DNA from: Amoebophrya sp. A120
Taxonomy: Eukaryota; Protista; Dinoflagellata
Assembly: GCA_905178155.1 (NCBI GenBank)
Contig: CAJINV010000008.1
Span: 2,919,303-2,983,302, forward strand
Direction: 5' to 3'
Length of the DNA: 64,000 nucleotides
Shown: positions 53,301-64,000 of the stretch, one piece after another
How positions within the stretch are numbered: position 1 is the first letter of the stretch
Layout of the letters: each line of letters begins with the position of its first letter
Notes under the pieces: generated by a model
Databases searched by the model: none
Seen by the model: only the letters and a program-made list of their open reading frames with translations
What the model was told of the DNA's origin: nothing
Position numbers and translations under genes: made by a program

Positions 53301-55004
53301 TTCTTCTTTTTCATCCAGGTCGAGCTTGCCGTTACCCAGCCGAAAGTGCTGACGGATTACCCGGCTTTCAACAATCACAAGACGGCGGAGATGCAATTCA
53401 AGCGGAAAATCATCTCCGACACGCAAATGCTGGAACAGGTATAATCCATGTTGCTACGGGAAGGCGACGCCTTGCGATTTGCTACGTTTGATGTAGAGCA
53501 GTCACCGAAAGATGGCTCTCAAGACACTAAGTTTGTGAGTACAGACAGCGAGAACGAGATCAAACATTCTGATTCTTCATCATGACACTGTACTTTTGGT
53601 GCCTTCATACTTTACTGTTCATGTCCATATAGATACTAAAACCCCTGCTCGTTTTTATCTTCTAGGTGGACCGCAAGCTTCAGAACTTGAAGCAGCGGTG
53701 GGTGCGCAAGGTGGAGTGGCAGATACGGCAGATCCTACCGCTCATCGACAAGTCCGCGACCAACGACGTGATAGAATCCCCGCCCTTTTCCGCAGCGGGG
53801 CTTTCCGAACTGAAGTTTGTGTTTTACCCCCGGGTAAGGGAGTACTTACGTCTGATAGTTGGTGACTTTTTTTTTTGCTGCACTCGCACTACACCAATGC
53901 AACATGATACACTTCATCTTGACGAGCGCGTCGTGCTCGTTGTCGTTGATTCGATGCTTTTACTAGTTTGTTCCAGTCGTTGATGCGTTACAACGCTATC
54001 TTCGAACTAGCCAAATAAAAAGCTCCACCACTACTGCTCAGGGTATCGACCCCGCGAACCCGGGGTGGTGCGGGCTGTACCTCCGCTGCGCCGAAGAGAA
54101 CGTGTTCATCAAGTTCCAGCTCTCGATCGGGAAGCAGTCCAAGATCTTCGAACACTTTTTCGCCACGCGAGGAGAGGTGTACGGGAAAACGAAGTTCTGC
54201 TACCTCGAGTCCCAGATTGAAAACCGCAACGACGCGGAGCTTTCGGTCCTAAATGTCAGCATTGAGGTGCTCGAGGTGAGTCACCGAAAGCGCGTATTGT
54301 GTGTAAAAACGTCCCCACACCATAGTTGTCATGCAAATCTGCATGCTTAAGATGTTTCTCATGCGGAGCCCCATGAGAAGCATTTTCTAATGGTGTTTTG
54401 AAATTTGTCATGCTCCAATCAGCATGAGAGACTAGATCTGTAATGCTGCTAAACTAGCTCAAACAGCACTATACTACGCGGCCAAATTTGTCATGCGAAA
54501 CAGCCAAAGCTTGTGGATTTGTCTAGCCGATTCCCCATCTTGACTATGGGGTGGGTACGTTTTTACATAGGATAGCGCGACACCGAAAACGTCCTCCTGT
54601 TCCATCGGGAAGACACCTACGCTATTACAATGAAAAATGCCCCCTCCCCATATCAAAACGGAAATCTGTGATGCAGATTTGTGGTCACAAATCAGCTTTG
54701 TGATGCTACAAGGCAAAAGATGCGGACTGTAGTGCTCCCAGCTCCCTAGCGTGGGAAAGCCTTGCAGCTCCAGGATGACAGGAGGCAACTGGAAGTGGGA
54801 AGCAGCATGACAGACTGCCTGCAATTTAGGCCGTAGCTTCTTCTCTTGGCCTTCTAGCAATACAAGTCGATTTGTGTACTCAAATACAGCATCACAAATT
54901 CGCGCATCTTCCGCTTCCGATATGGGGTGGGGGCTTTTTTCACTTTGATATACGCCAAGGAGGAGTACCGGGTACTCACCCTGCCTCCGCGGGGCGCGAG
55001 CTGA
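50315..55004 (+). CDS. Coiled-coil protein with two MATH/TRAF-like domains, multi-exon
   Basis: N-terminal heptads. Then WKID...LWSPPFTM and VEWQI...IESPPFSAAGL..LKFVFYP/QG...CGLYLRC...YGKTKFC. The last exon ends RGAS* at 55004. Confidence 0.7.
51953..52214. mobile_element. Introner family C (DR GACGA)
   Basis: DR at 51948-51952 and 52215-52219. Confidence 0.9.
52249..52499. mobile_element. Introner family C (DR CCTGT)
   Basis: DR at 52244-52248 and 52500-52504. Similar to 14659-14910. Confidence 0.9.
54295..54574. mobile_element. Introner family D (DR GCGCG)
   Basis: Ends TATTGTGTGTAAAAACGT / ACGTTTTTACATAGGATA. DR at 54290-54294 and 54575-54579. Confidence 0.85.
54623..54950. mobile_element. 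Introner family B, inverted orientation (DR TACGC)
   Basis: Family B TIR. DR at 54618-54622 and 54951-54955. Confidence 0.88.
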
Positions 55005-55692
55005 GCTGCGTTCTGGCAGAGTTCTGGCGCCAAGGTGGAGAAAGGGGGCTGCTGGGTGCTCTGCCTTCCACCTCGGTGGAGAGAAGTGCATTAGAAGACG
55101 AGAACGACTTACTATGCACGCGGGCACGGCAGTACGAAGGAGGTGTCGATTTTCGTATCGTGCCTAGGCACCCAGGAACGACAGAGGTCTCTTTGTACGA
55201 TGAAGGTAGTAGTTGTTCTGCAGATGGAGGTGCAGAAAAAAAAGTCTGAAAGATGATGAATCTATAAAGTTTGTTTGTTTGTAGATATGCGGTAAGGTGG
55301 AAACGCGATTACTCACCTTTTTTCTTTAGCGCTATTTCAATAAAAATCCCTCTACCCAAAGAAGCTTGAAAAAATACTGAGTGACTGCTACCGGTAGTGC
55401 TAGTGTGCAACTGCTTTAAAAATAAAAGCGGCCTGTTGGAAAAAGATACTACTGCCCATACCCATCTGTCGTTGAAAAAAGGCGCAGCTGACTGCAGGTT
55501 GAACCAGTCCTGCCGTGCTTAGGGAGATCGCGACACTTTGGTCGCTTTTTAACCTTTTGATCACTCTAAAAATTTAAATGCGAAGTAGAAGCTTTCTGCT
55601 AAGTGTGTAAAGTCAAGATCAGAGCCTTAGAGAAAAAGAAGGCGTTTATGAGAGAAAAAGTTTTCAACTAGTCTGGAGTCTTTTGCAGAGCG

Positions 55693-58600
55693 TCACTCAT
55701 CGACCGCGTTGCGGCCGCGTGCGTCAGACCACCACTGGTGCCGGATTGCTGGGAAGGGGCCAGTGAGTGGCGCCAGGGTTGCATTGGCTTCCGCCAGGGC
55801 CCTCGCGACTTGGTTCGGTTTGTCGCGGCACTCTTCCATGTGCCCGAGGTCCCAGGAGCGGAAGAAGGGCTGCGTGATCGGACACTCGTGCACGAAGTGC
55901 GCCGTCGTCGCCTTCCCCTGTCCACATAGAGCACAGTCGAGGTCTTCCCCACTCGGTTGCGCCGCCAACAACCCAAAACGCAGGGCGTAATACATGGTCT
56001 GGCCAACGCGGCCGCCGGCGTCGGTCACCAGATCACGCCCCCAGCCCCCTGTTTCCTGGAGCGTTTGCGCTGTTTTGCTCTTTGTCTTTTCGTCCCGTTG
56101 CCGTTCGGCCAGGTTCCGGCGGGCTTCGTTCCGCACGTAGCGGCGGGCCTCCGTTTTGAACTGCTTGTGCGTGATCGGCTCGCCCTCTTCCTGCAGGTCG
56201 CTGCGGTTGGCGTACCCCGCGAGGTGGTCGGCGACCACGTTCCCCGCGATGCCGGCGTGCCCTGGCACATATCGGACGACCAGCTTGGCACAGCTTTGCA
56301 GCGCGTCCGCTGCAGCCGTGTAGACCTCGGTGTCCAGGTCGTCCCGCAGTCTCGGATTGAGCAACGCCCGCACGTTGGACTGGCTGTCCGTGCAGATCGT
56401 CACCTGCTCGCTTTTCAGCGCGTGGCGTGCCACCGCTCGGAAGGCTGCGATGAGCGCCATGCGTTCGGTTTCGTACGAATCCGTGTGGAGCCCGATGGGC
56501 CACGCCGCCCCACACTGGATGCCGAACCCATGCAGAAAGACGCCACAAGACCCGGCAAAGTCTTTGGCCGACCCGTCACAATACAGCACCAGGCTGGACT
56601 CCCGAAGGGTGTCCACCAGCGCCGGCGTGCCTTCGTTTCTCCACGTCGCCTCGAAGCGGCCCTGTTCCTCTGCCTCGTGGAGGACGGACCGCCCCCGCCC
56701 CGCCTTCGCACCGATCTCGGGGAGAACGGACGAGGCCGCGACGTTTGATTCGTCGATCACTTGCAAGCCGGTTTCTAGCCAGTCCACGCTCGAGGTGTTC
56801 GCGACCTCCCGCAACGCGTCCCCGGGCGGGCGTGAGAAAGCGCGGGCCGTGAGCGCCGTGCTTTCCACTTGGTAGAGCTCTGGGAGCGGCAACAGGCCGG
56901 CCGTCATGAGTGCGCAGGCGCGGTTCACCTGTCTGAACTTCGGAAAGCCCAGCACTTCTTTGGCCCCCTCCAGCTGGAAACTGTTCAGGGCGGCCGCCTC
57001 CTTCGCCCCGAGCCCGTTCCAGTATGTTGTTAGCCCATACGTGAGGACGCTTTCGCAGAATAGCTGGTAAAAAGCCCGGACGGACTTCGACCCGGCGCCC
57101 AACGCACGCGAGAGGATGCGCACCGCCGCCATCCTCTTGGTCAGGGTTTCGGATATGACTGCAAAGTGCCGACAGAAGGCCAACTTGCGATCAAACCACA
57201 CACCGAGAAAGCGTGGGTAGGGGTCGTAGACGAGCCTCTCCCCGTCGTGGTGCAGGGCGAGCTCATCCAAGTCGCATGCAGACTCGTTCTGGAAGACGAC
57301 ATACGAACACTTCCCGGGGGAAAGCTCCATATTGCTCCGGCTGCAGAAGTCGGCGACCACGTCCAGGGCTGCCTGGAGGAGTTTCTGCGCTTCCCCTGTT
57401 TCCCCGGGGCCGTACTCTAGTGTGAGCGCCAAGTCGTCCACGTACGCGAGGACTTGCACCCTCGGGCACTTCTTCTGCAGCTCTCGGAGCAGTACGTCGG
57501 CGAAACTGCACCAGACCAGCGGGCCGAGGCACGTGCCCTGCGGGACCCCCTGGCGCAGCGGGACGGCCTGGGAGGTCTCGCCGTTGAACCTCACCACCCT
57601 GCGTCGGTTGGTGACGAAGGAGCAGATCCACCGCGTGAGCAGCAGGAGCTCCTGTTTTCGTGCCGGGTTTTTAAACTCGTGCCGCCGCTCCAGTAGTCCG
57701 TTGAGGAACAGCGGCGGGCACACGCGCTCAAAGGCCGAGCTCAGGTCCAAGAAGCACGTCGCCCTGCGGCGGTTCTTGCGCAGGGTGTCGGAGGCCAGGG
57801 CCCCCAGCGTTGCCGTGTGGTCCGTCGCGCTTCTTGCGGGTGTGTCCCCGTACTGGTTCTTGCTGTACAGCGGGGCCCCCTCCGCCTGGAAGGTTAGCCG
57901 CAGGCGCCGCAGTACTGTGCGTTCCCAGACTTCCCCCAAGCACGACGTCAAGGCCACCGGCCGGAGGGATTTGGGAAGGTCCGCGGCACGGCCGGGCTTT
58001 GGTACTGGTACACAGACTTCTAGCCGCATTACCTCCGGCGTCACGCCTTCGGTGACCCCTTGCTCGAAGGTTGCGCGCAAGAGCTGCTTGCCCTGTTGCG
58101 GGAGGTTTTTCAGCAGCACCCCGTGGATGCTGTCTGGCCCGGGAGCCCCGCCCGGCTTTTGTCCCCGCAAAGCGAACTCCACGTCGTCCAGCTCCAAGCT
58201 CAACGCTGTGCTCGGCGCTAGCTCTTCCGCTAGTGTGTGCTGGTATTGGTCCCAGGCCACTCGTTCGGCCCCGGGGTCCAGCACCGGGTGGGACCCATAG
58301 AAATGCGCCAAGACACATGCGAGCTTTTTGAACACCAGCTTCCCCGCGTATCGCAGCGCGGTGGTCTGCTGTTTCGGCGGCGGCCGCCCTTCTAGTTCCC
58401 GCAAAAGCCGGAAGGCCCCACTGGTTGTCTGCTCCGCTTGCTCGAGCTTTTGCCCGAACTCGTCGTCCCTCCTGCTGGCCTCGGCGCTTGCTACACGCGC
58501 CGTCGCGCGCCGTAACGCGGTGCGCCAGAACAGTCGCTCCGCCGGCGGTGCGAAGGCCACGCGCTTCATGCACTCTCCCCGCTCTTTCAGTGCGAGGTCT

Positions 58601-59630
58601 AGCTCCGTGCCTGTTTGCCACCGCGGCTGCCTGTGTCTCTTTCTCGTGACATTGCTGCGCGGGATGGACCTGTGCGCGGCGGCTTGTATCGCCGCGCGGA
58701 TGTGTGCGAACTTGCCCTCGACCGACAGTGGTGCCGGGTGGTCCCGGAGGAAGGTGCGCATGTCTGCGCGGTACAAGTCCCAGTCCGCCCGGTTGAAGTT
58801 CAGTCGCGTGCGCCTCGTCGTTGTGGGGAGTGGTTCCTGCCAGAAGTCCGGGTTCCACGGAGCTGCCGTGGGGTCCGTCGGGAGGGTCGCGACCGCCCCG
58901 GGGGCCGGCGCAGATGGCGTTTTTGTGCTTGGTGTCGGGACCGGTGTGGGGCCGCCAAATGAGGGGACTACCGGCGCCAGCCCGGAGACTGCGGCAACTA
59001 GCAAACCCAGCCCCGGCAAGACCGGCAGTCGTTTCTCCCCTGTGCTACTCTGCGCGTCCGCGCTGTGCTTGTTCGCGCGCTGGGCCCGAAGGCGCTCGAA
59101 CTTCTCCTTGCGCAGAGCCTTCTTTTGCCTCCCGGTGAGATTTACTTTCCCACCCCCTCCTCCTGCTCCCTGTGTTTCGGAACCGGCGTCCTGTGTGCCC
59201 CGGAGGCCTTGGTCGGCCTTTTGCCCCGAGCCAGTAGCGCGGCCTCGTCCCGCCCCTCCTCCCCCGGCGTCGTCTTTTGCTGTGTTGCTGGCGGTGAAGT
59301 TCTGCTTCCCCGGACGCTGATCGGCACGTGGCTCCACCAAGTCGAAGACCAGGGCCGCATGGTCACCGCCGACGAGGCACACTGCTGGCCCCTGCGGCTG
59401 TAGTTCGGCAGCCCGGGCGAGTAGTCCTCCGGTCAGCAACACTACGTCCGGCGAGGTCTTCGACGCAGGCCGGGTCGGCAGCGGGGTGGTGTAGAACTCC
59501 AGCGCCTGCGCAGTTGCCCAGGTCTTCACCTGGGTCGCCCGCGGCTCCTGTGTGTGGTTCGCGTCCCAGGAAATTGCAATCTCCTTCCCCGGCGGCATGT
59601 TGATTGCCGGTAGGGCGGGGATTCCGTTCC
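55693..59630 (-). CDS. LINE polyprotein C-terminal part: APE C-half, RT, RNase H, CCHC finger
   Basis: WDANH, SPD..GDH (APE). APGPDSI, RPVALTSC, DLSSAF, GVPQG, YVDD, RFLG (RT). YCDGS, TDSQS, VPGHAGIAGN..AD (RNase H). CALC..H...EC. Confidence 0.93.
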
Positions 59631-62600
59631 CGGAGGAGTGTAGACGTTCGCGCTTACGCCCCACTCCTTGCCCGTGTCGAGGTTGAACAGGGTGGCACAG
59701 GTGGAGGCAACGTTCTTCCCGCCCTCCGCGACAATGCGGAAGTCCGGGTCTGACTTCACGACACCTACTCGCCCCTCTCGTACGATGCTGGCAGCCCCTC
59801 CCCCGCTGCCTTCGGACTCGCAGACTTCAAGCACCTCCCAGCCCGGAACGTGGCGCTGGAGAAACTCGCGGAGGAACTCTTCACCGCACCAGGTTTCCTG
59901 GAGGTGGCACAAGTCCGCCTCGTGCTCCTCAAGCAGCTGGCGCAGCGCCGCCCCCTTCACAGAAGCCGCCGCTTCGTCGCTTTGGTTGAGCGACTGGCAG
60001 TTCCACTGCGCGACCCGCACAGCCCCTTGCACGACTGGGTGCCTGACACCGTACTGCTCTTCCTCGCTTTTCGCTGCGCCCTTGGCCGGCCCGACCACGT
60101 GGCGGGTGTAGTACTTGACCTCCTTCCCCCGGCTACACTCGGGTAGGAGGAAGGTGGTGCACTTCTTGTGCGCCTTTGCGATGTGCTCACTGAAGCCCTG
60201 GATCCTACCCGCGTACCCGCGGCTGTACGTGCAGTGCGAGCAGTAGTAGCGCCGTGTTGCTGCTGCTTGTTTTAGCGTGTCCCCCAGGCCGACTACAACG
60301 CAGAACTCGGTGTTCTGGTAGTGTGGGAGGTCCTGGACCGACACAACGCCTTCGACCGCACGCGCAGCTTCTTCCTGGTCTTCGTCCCCGTCAAGGCCAC
60401 CACTGGCGCGCCCTGTGCTCCTGCTACTACTCCCACCCCCTTGCAGGCGATTTAGTTGCTCCGCTTGTAGTACAGGGGCTGCAACGCCACTGGCGCCGCT
60501 GCCTTCCAGCCCGGGCGGCTGACGTAGGAGCCTCTGTTGCTCTGCTGTCGGATGCGCCGCTGCAAGCATTGCTCTTGTTCCGGAGTTGGAGATGTGTTGC
60601 AGGGCTTCCCCCTGCGCAGGTCCGCTTGCGGCCTGCGTCCCGGCAGCACGCCCCAGGCCAGGAGGAGTCTGTTCTGGCTGGACCTCCTGCTCCTGCCGGG
60701 CCCGCGGGAGAGCAGGCTCCCGCGCCGCTGCTGTGTTGCCATCCTGATGATTCGCCGCTGCTGTTTCATCATGTGCAGGAAGGGCAGGGGGGGCCTGCTG
60801 GATTTGTGTTATTGCACCCCCTACTTGTCGGCTGCTGTGTCCAGGGAGCAGGTCGCGCTGCGTCACCAATTCTTGGTGTGAGGCGGGGGTATTTGCGTGG
60901 GCCTGAGGGCACGCGTGTTGGATCGGAGTCGCTGCTACATCGGCGCCCCATCCTGGAGGCGGCGTTCTGTTCGAGCAGGCGCGCCGGCATGCGTCTGCGA
61001 CGACGTATACCACCCCCAGCGCCGTGCCCGTGCACACTACTATCGCGACGGCGCCTAGCGGCGACAGCACCGACGGGTCTGGGTGCCACCGCCCATGGTG
61101 GAAAGCAGCAGCACTGGGCTCCGGTCCCGTTCTTAGGTCCGGGAAGACCCGGCGCAGCGCTGGGCTTCCGTATTCTCCCTCCCGGTCGAGGTAAAGGTGC
61201 CCCGGGATCTGGCCCGAGACGACCGTCTCTTCCTCCAGCTCCGCCCCCGCGTGTCCCCCTATCATCATCGAAGCTCCCGGGTTGGCCATGTAGTGCGAGT
61301 TTATTTGCACCGCTATTCCGACGGCGACAACGACAAGCGCCAGCAGGCAGTGGTTCTGTAGGGCCCGGAAGACCCGGCGGAACTGCTCTTCCAGGATGAG
61401 GGTCAGGACCGTCACGAGGTCCATTTCCTGGTGGGGGTAGCACGCACCCTGCTGATGTACCCCTATTGTAACGGTGGCGCCGGCGCTTGGCGCAGGCCCT
61501 TGCTCTCCCGGTCGTGTGTAGGCGGCCTCCTCGCGAGCTCCGCGTTCTGTCGCTCGCGACTGCTGTGTGCCCGCCCGTACCTCGCCTGTCCTGGGCAAGG
61601 CCGTTTCTGCCGGAGCGCCAGCAGGGAGGGGTCTTTGCGGGATGACAATGCCACCGCTCGGCGGGATCGCGTTGTAGGTGCTTTGGGTTGGTGGTGTTGC
61701 TGTCGGGGTACTGATAATCTGGTCGGAGTGTTGGTGATGAGGCTGCTGCTGCTGCAGTTGCTGTTGCTGTTGCTGGTGCGTTTGCTGGTGCGTTTGCTGT
61801 TGCTGCTGCAGTTGCTGTTGCTGTTGCTGCTGCATTTGCAGTTGCTGCTGCAGTTGCTGCAGCAGTTCCTGCTGTTGTTTACCAGTACTACCACTGGCCC
61901 CTGCCTCCGTGGCGGGCTTCGGGGGTTGCTGGTGGGCCGCCGCGTTTTGGCTGTGCACCATGGACTCCAGTACCTTGCGGACCTCCCGCATCTCCTCTGA
62001 CAAAGCTACGAGCTGCTCCGTGCCGGTCTGCTCTCCGGTAAGAGCGTTCCTCGTTATCAGTGGAACGGCGATCTCTCGCCCTTGCAGCTGCCCCAGCAGA
62101 TGCCGCACGTCTTGGTGGTGCTGCGTCATGGCCCCCAGGAGTCCTGTCGCATCTCCCGCTGGGTTCACACCCTGTGTGGCCGGCGTCACCGCTTGCCCGG
62201 TCTGTGCTCCGGCCGGCTGGAGCTGCAGCTGTTGCTGTTGTGCTGCGAGTAGTCTCTGCACGTCTTGGAAACTGAAAGACGTCTGCTGCGTTGGCGCCGG
62301 CTGTGCCGGCGGCAGCATCGTATGTGCACCGCCACCTTGCTGCCGGTTGAAGGCACTGCCAAACGCAGGCGCGGAGAAGTTACCTGACTGTGCCCCGAGA
62401 CTATCACCCGATCGCGGGAGGCCTCCCTGCTGCCCGACTGGGAATGCGGTCTGGTATCCTGTCGGCCCTCCACCTGCGGCTCCCTGCATCGAGTGTAATA
62501 CGAGGTAGTCGTTTACTGTCGGAAGAGGAGTGGCTCCCTGCCCAAGAGCCGGCCCCCCATAGTTTGGCGCGGGAGGTTGGACGCTCTGTGGCAGCACATG

Positions 62601-62771
62601 GTTTGTTTGCTGTAGTGTATTTTGCTGCGCCCATCCTTGCTGCGGGGGGTTTTGCTGCACGACGTTGTTGGTCCGCTGTTGTGGGCCTGTTGGCCACTGC
62701 TGGTACCGGAACTGGCCTTCCGGATTGCCTCCCGTGCCGAACATGCCGCTTTTCTGCAGCCGTTTGTTCAC
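59630..62771 (-). CDS. LINE polyprotein N-terminal part: Q/P/A-rich region, hydrophobic helices, C2H2-like motif, APE N-half
   Basis: VAQWNCQSLN, HLQETW, GGGAASIV and NVYTPP at the 3' end of the ORF. CSHC...H...H lies just upstream. Joined to the next ORF by a 1-nt frame change. Confidence 0.8.
61740..61880 (-). repeat. CAG/CAA repeat encoding polyglutamine
   Basis: (CTG/TTG)n on the plus strand. Confidence 0.85.
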
Positions 62772-63027
62772 GGCAGGTTCTGGCTGGTTCTGGCGGAACT
62801 CTGCGCTGCACTACTCTAAGGAGGTAAAGTCGCCGTTTCCGAGTAGCGATTCGCGTCGTTGTTTGGGTTTTGGAGAAATGAAGTCCTTAACCCGCCGAGC
62901 TGTAGCCGCGATTTCTGGGAATCTCGGGTCCCCGTTTTTCCGAAAACGCAGTTTTCGCCCGGCGGGATTGGGACACAAAATTCGCGGCGGGGCGAAACGG
63001 CTCTGCGGGGTGCGCGACAGCTCTACT

Positions 63028-63720
63028 CTACTCGCCGTCCCCTGCAGGAGTCCCGACGTCCGGTGTCCCCCCGGTGTCCCCCACCCTCTTCAGCCTTCGC
63101 AAGGCGTGGAGCTCCTGAAGTAGCGTCGCGTTGTGGTCCTCCGCCGCTCGTGTCCTCTCTGCGAGGTCCCGAGCGACCTTCTCCTCGATCCTTTCGATGA
63201 GCAGCGTAATGCCCGGGTCGCCGCCGAAAGGGTCGTATACGATGCCCAGGCTGTACTGGCCGTAGGCAACCCGCTCAACCTGCAGAAACGCGCTACTGTC
63301 GTGCTGGGTGGAGCACAAGAGGTCGCGCACTGTCAGCGGCAGTGACTCTGTCGTGGCAAGGGCCTGAACGGGCGCTCTGTTCCTCGTCAGTTCCACGATG
63401 AGGCTGCAGGGGCAGTACTCGTAGACGAAGAGCGCGAAATCCCCTCGGGACGCTGCGAAGTGCTGCTGTGATGTCTCCTTGGACCGGAGCCACCCGCGTC
63501 TCTCCTCTGTTTCCTGCGCTAGGTTGTCGTGGTCGCGTTCAACCTTTATCAACGCGGTATAGTTGCTTGTGAAGGGGATGAGGAGCGGGAGGTGGTGCAG
63601 GCTGGTTAGGTGCTGCTTCGTTTCCTCCGTGTTCTCGCGGTATTCCTTCGCCTCGCGTTCTGTGATCACGCCTGTCCGCAGGAGCTCCTCTATCGCTGTC
63701 GGGCTCCGGCGGCGCGGCAT
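63028..63720 (-). CDS. Unknown ~230-aa ORF, probably the upstream ORF of the LINE
   Basis: Intronless, same strand and GC content as the LINE, C-terminal coiled-coil-like stretch. The open frame extends to 63933. Confidence 0.5.
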   Translation of the reverse strand: MPRRRSPTAIEELLRTGVITEREAKEYRENTEETKQHLTSLHHLPLLIPFTSNYTALIKVERDHDNLAQETEERRGWLRSKETSQQHFAASRGDFALFVYEYCPCSLIVELTRNRAPVQALATTESLPLTVRDLLCSTQHDSSAFLQVERVAYGQYSLGIVYDPFGGDPGITLLIERIEEKVARDLAERTRAAEDHNATLLQELHALRRLKRVGDTGGTPDVGTPAGDGE

Positions 63721-64000
63721 ATCATCGCGAGACGCAGCGTCAATATTGGCAAAGGAAAAACGGAGAAAAGCAGAACCCCCGGTGGCTATTTCTGTGTTGC
63801 CTCTTGCCACTCTTCTACTTTTTTGAGGTCTTTTGTTTTTGCGGCTAGCTCTATACTGTCCCTGATGCCGTCTTTTACTTTTTTGGGATCTTTTTGTTTG
63901 GGGGTTCTGCACGAGACTAGAAAGTGTGGACACACACGACTACGGCTCACCACCTCGATCTTCAAAGACAGTAGCGCGTGCTCCAAACCGCTGATCCCGA

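Larger units (their letters stand above)
55693..63933 (-). mobile_element. Non-LTR retrotransposon with APE, RT and RNase H (I/ingi-group-like); ends not defined
   Basis: GC-rich, intron-free block containing long minus-strand ORFs with LINE domains. No poly(A) tail or TSD identified. Confidence 0.88.

Noticed and set aside
55494-55545. tRNA-like T-arm hairpin GCAGGTTGAACCAGTCCTGC
   Set aside because: No cloverleaf or acceptor stem can be built.
55957-62827. Long plus-strand ORFs opposite the LINE
   Set aside because: Antisense shadows of a GC-rich coding strand.
44411-62928. 15/16-nt match TTCTGGGAATC(G/T)CGGG between the TIR insert and the LINE spacer
   Set aside because: Too short to exclude chance in 64 kb, and it does not extend.

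Overview
Eukaryotic nuclear DNA, most consistent with the parasitic dinoflagellate Amoebophrya (Syndiniales). This is inferred from the intron architecture, not from a search. About nine plus-strand host genes are present: a 2OG-Fe(II) oxygenase, two coiled-coil proteins, a putative sugar O-methyltransferase, an acidic unknown protein, a Pus3/TruA pseudouridine synthase, a small mitochondrial membrane protein, ATP synthase beta, an Aurora-like kinase and a coiled-coil/MATH protein. They are interrupted by about 26 introner-like inserts of 170-420 bp from at least 7 sequence families. Nearly all start TAT, end ATA, carry terminal inverted repeats and a 5-bp direct repeat, share an internal TGT(C/G/A)ATGC motif, and occur in either orientation. 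In coding sequence they usually restore the reading frame when removed, often with no usable GT-AG. One introner in the Aurora gene hosts a 7.4-kb Ty1/copia LTR element. That element has an in-frame gag-UGA-pol junction and a non-tRNA primer-binding site complementary to its own LTR (candidate self-priming), and it is itself interrupted by a 1.26-kb TIR element with a 6-bp TSD. A degenerate ~95-bp GC/A-tract repeat block lies at 11-13 kb. The last 8 kb are an APE-RT-RNase H non-LTR retrotransposon with an unusual polyQ/hydrophobic N-terminal extension.
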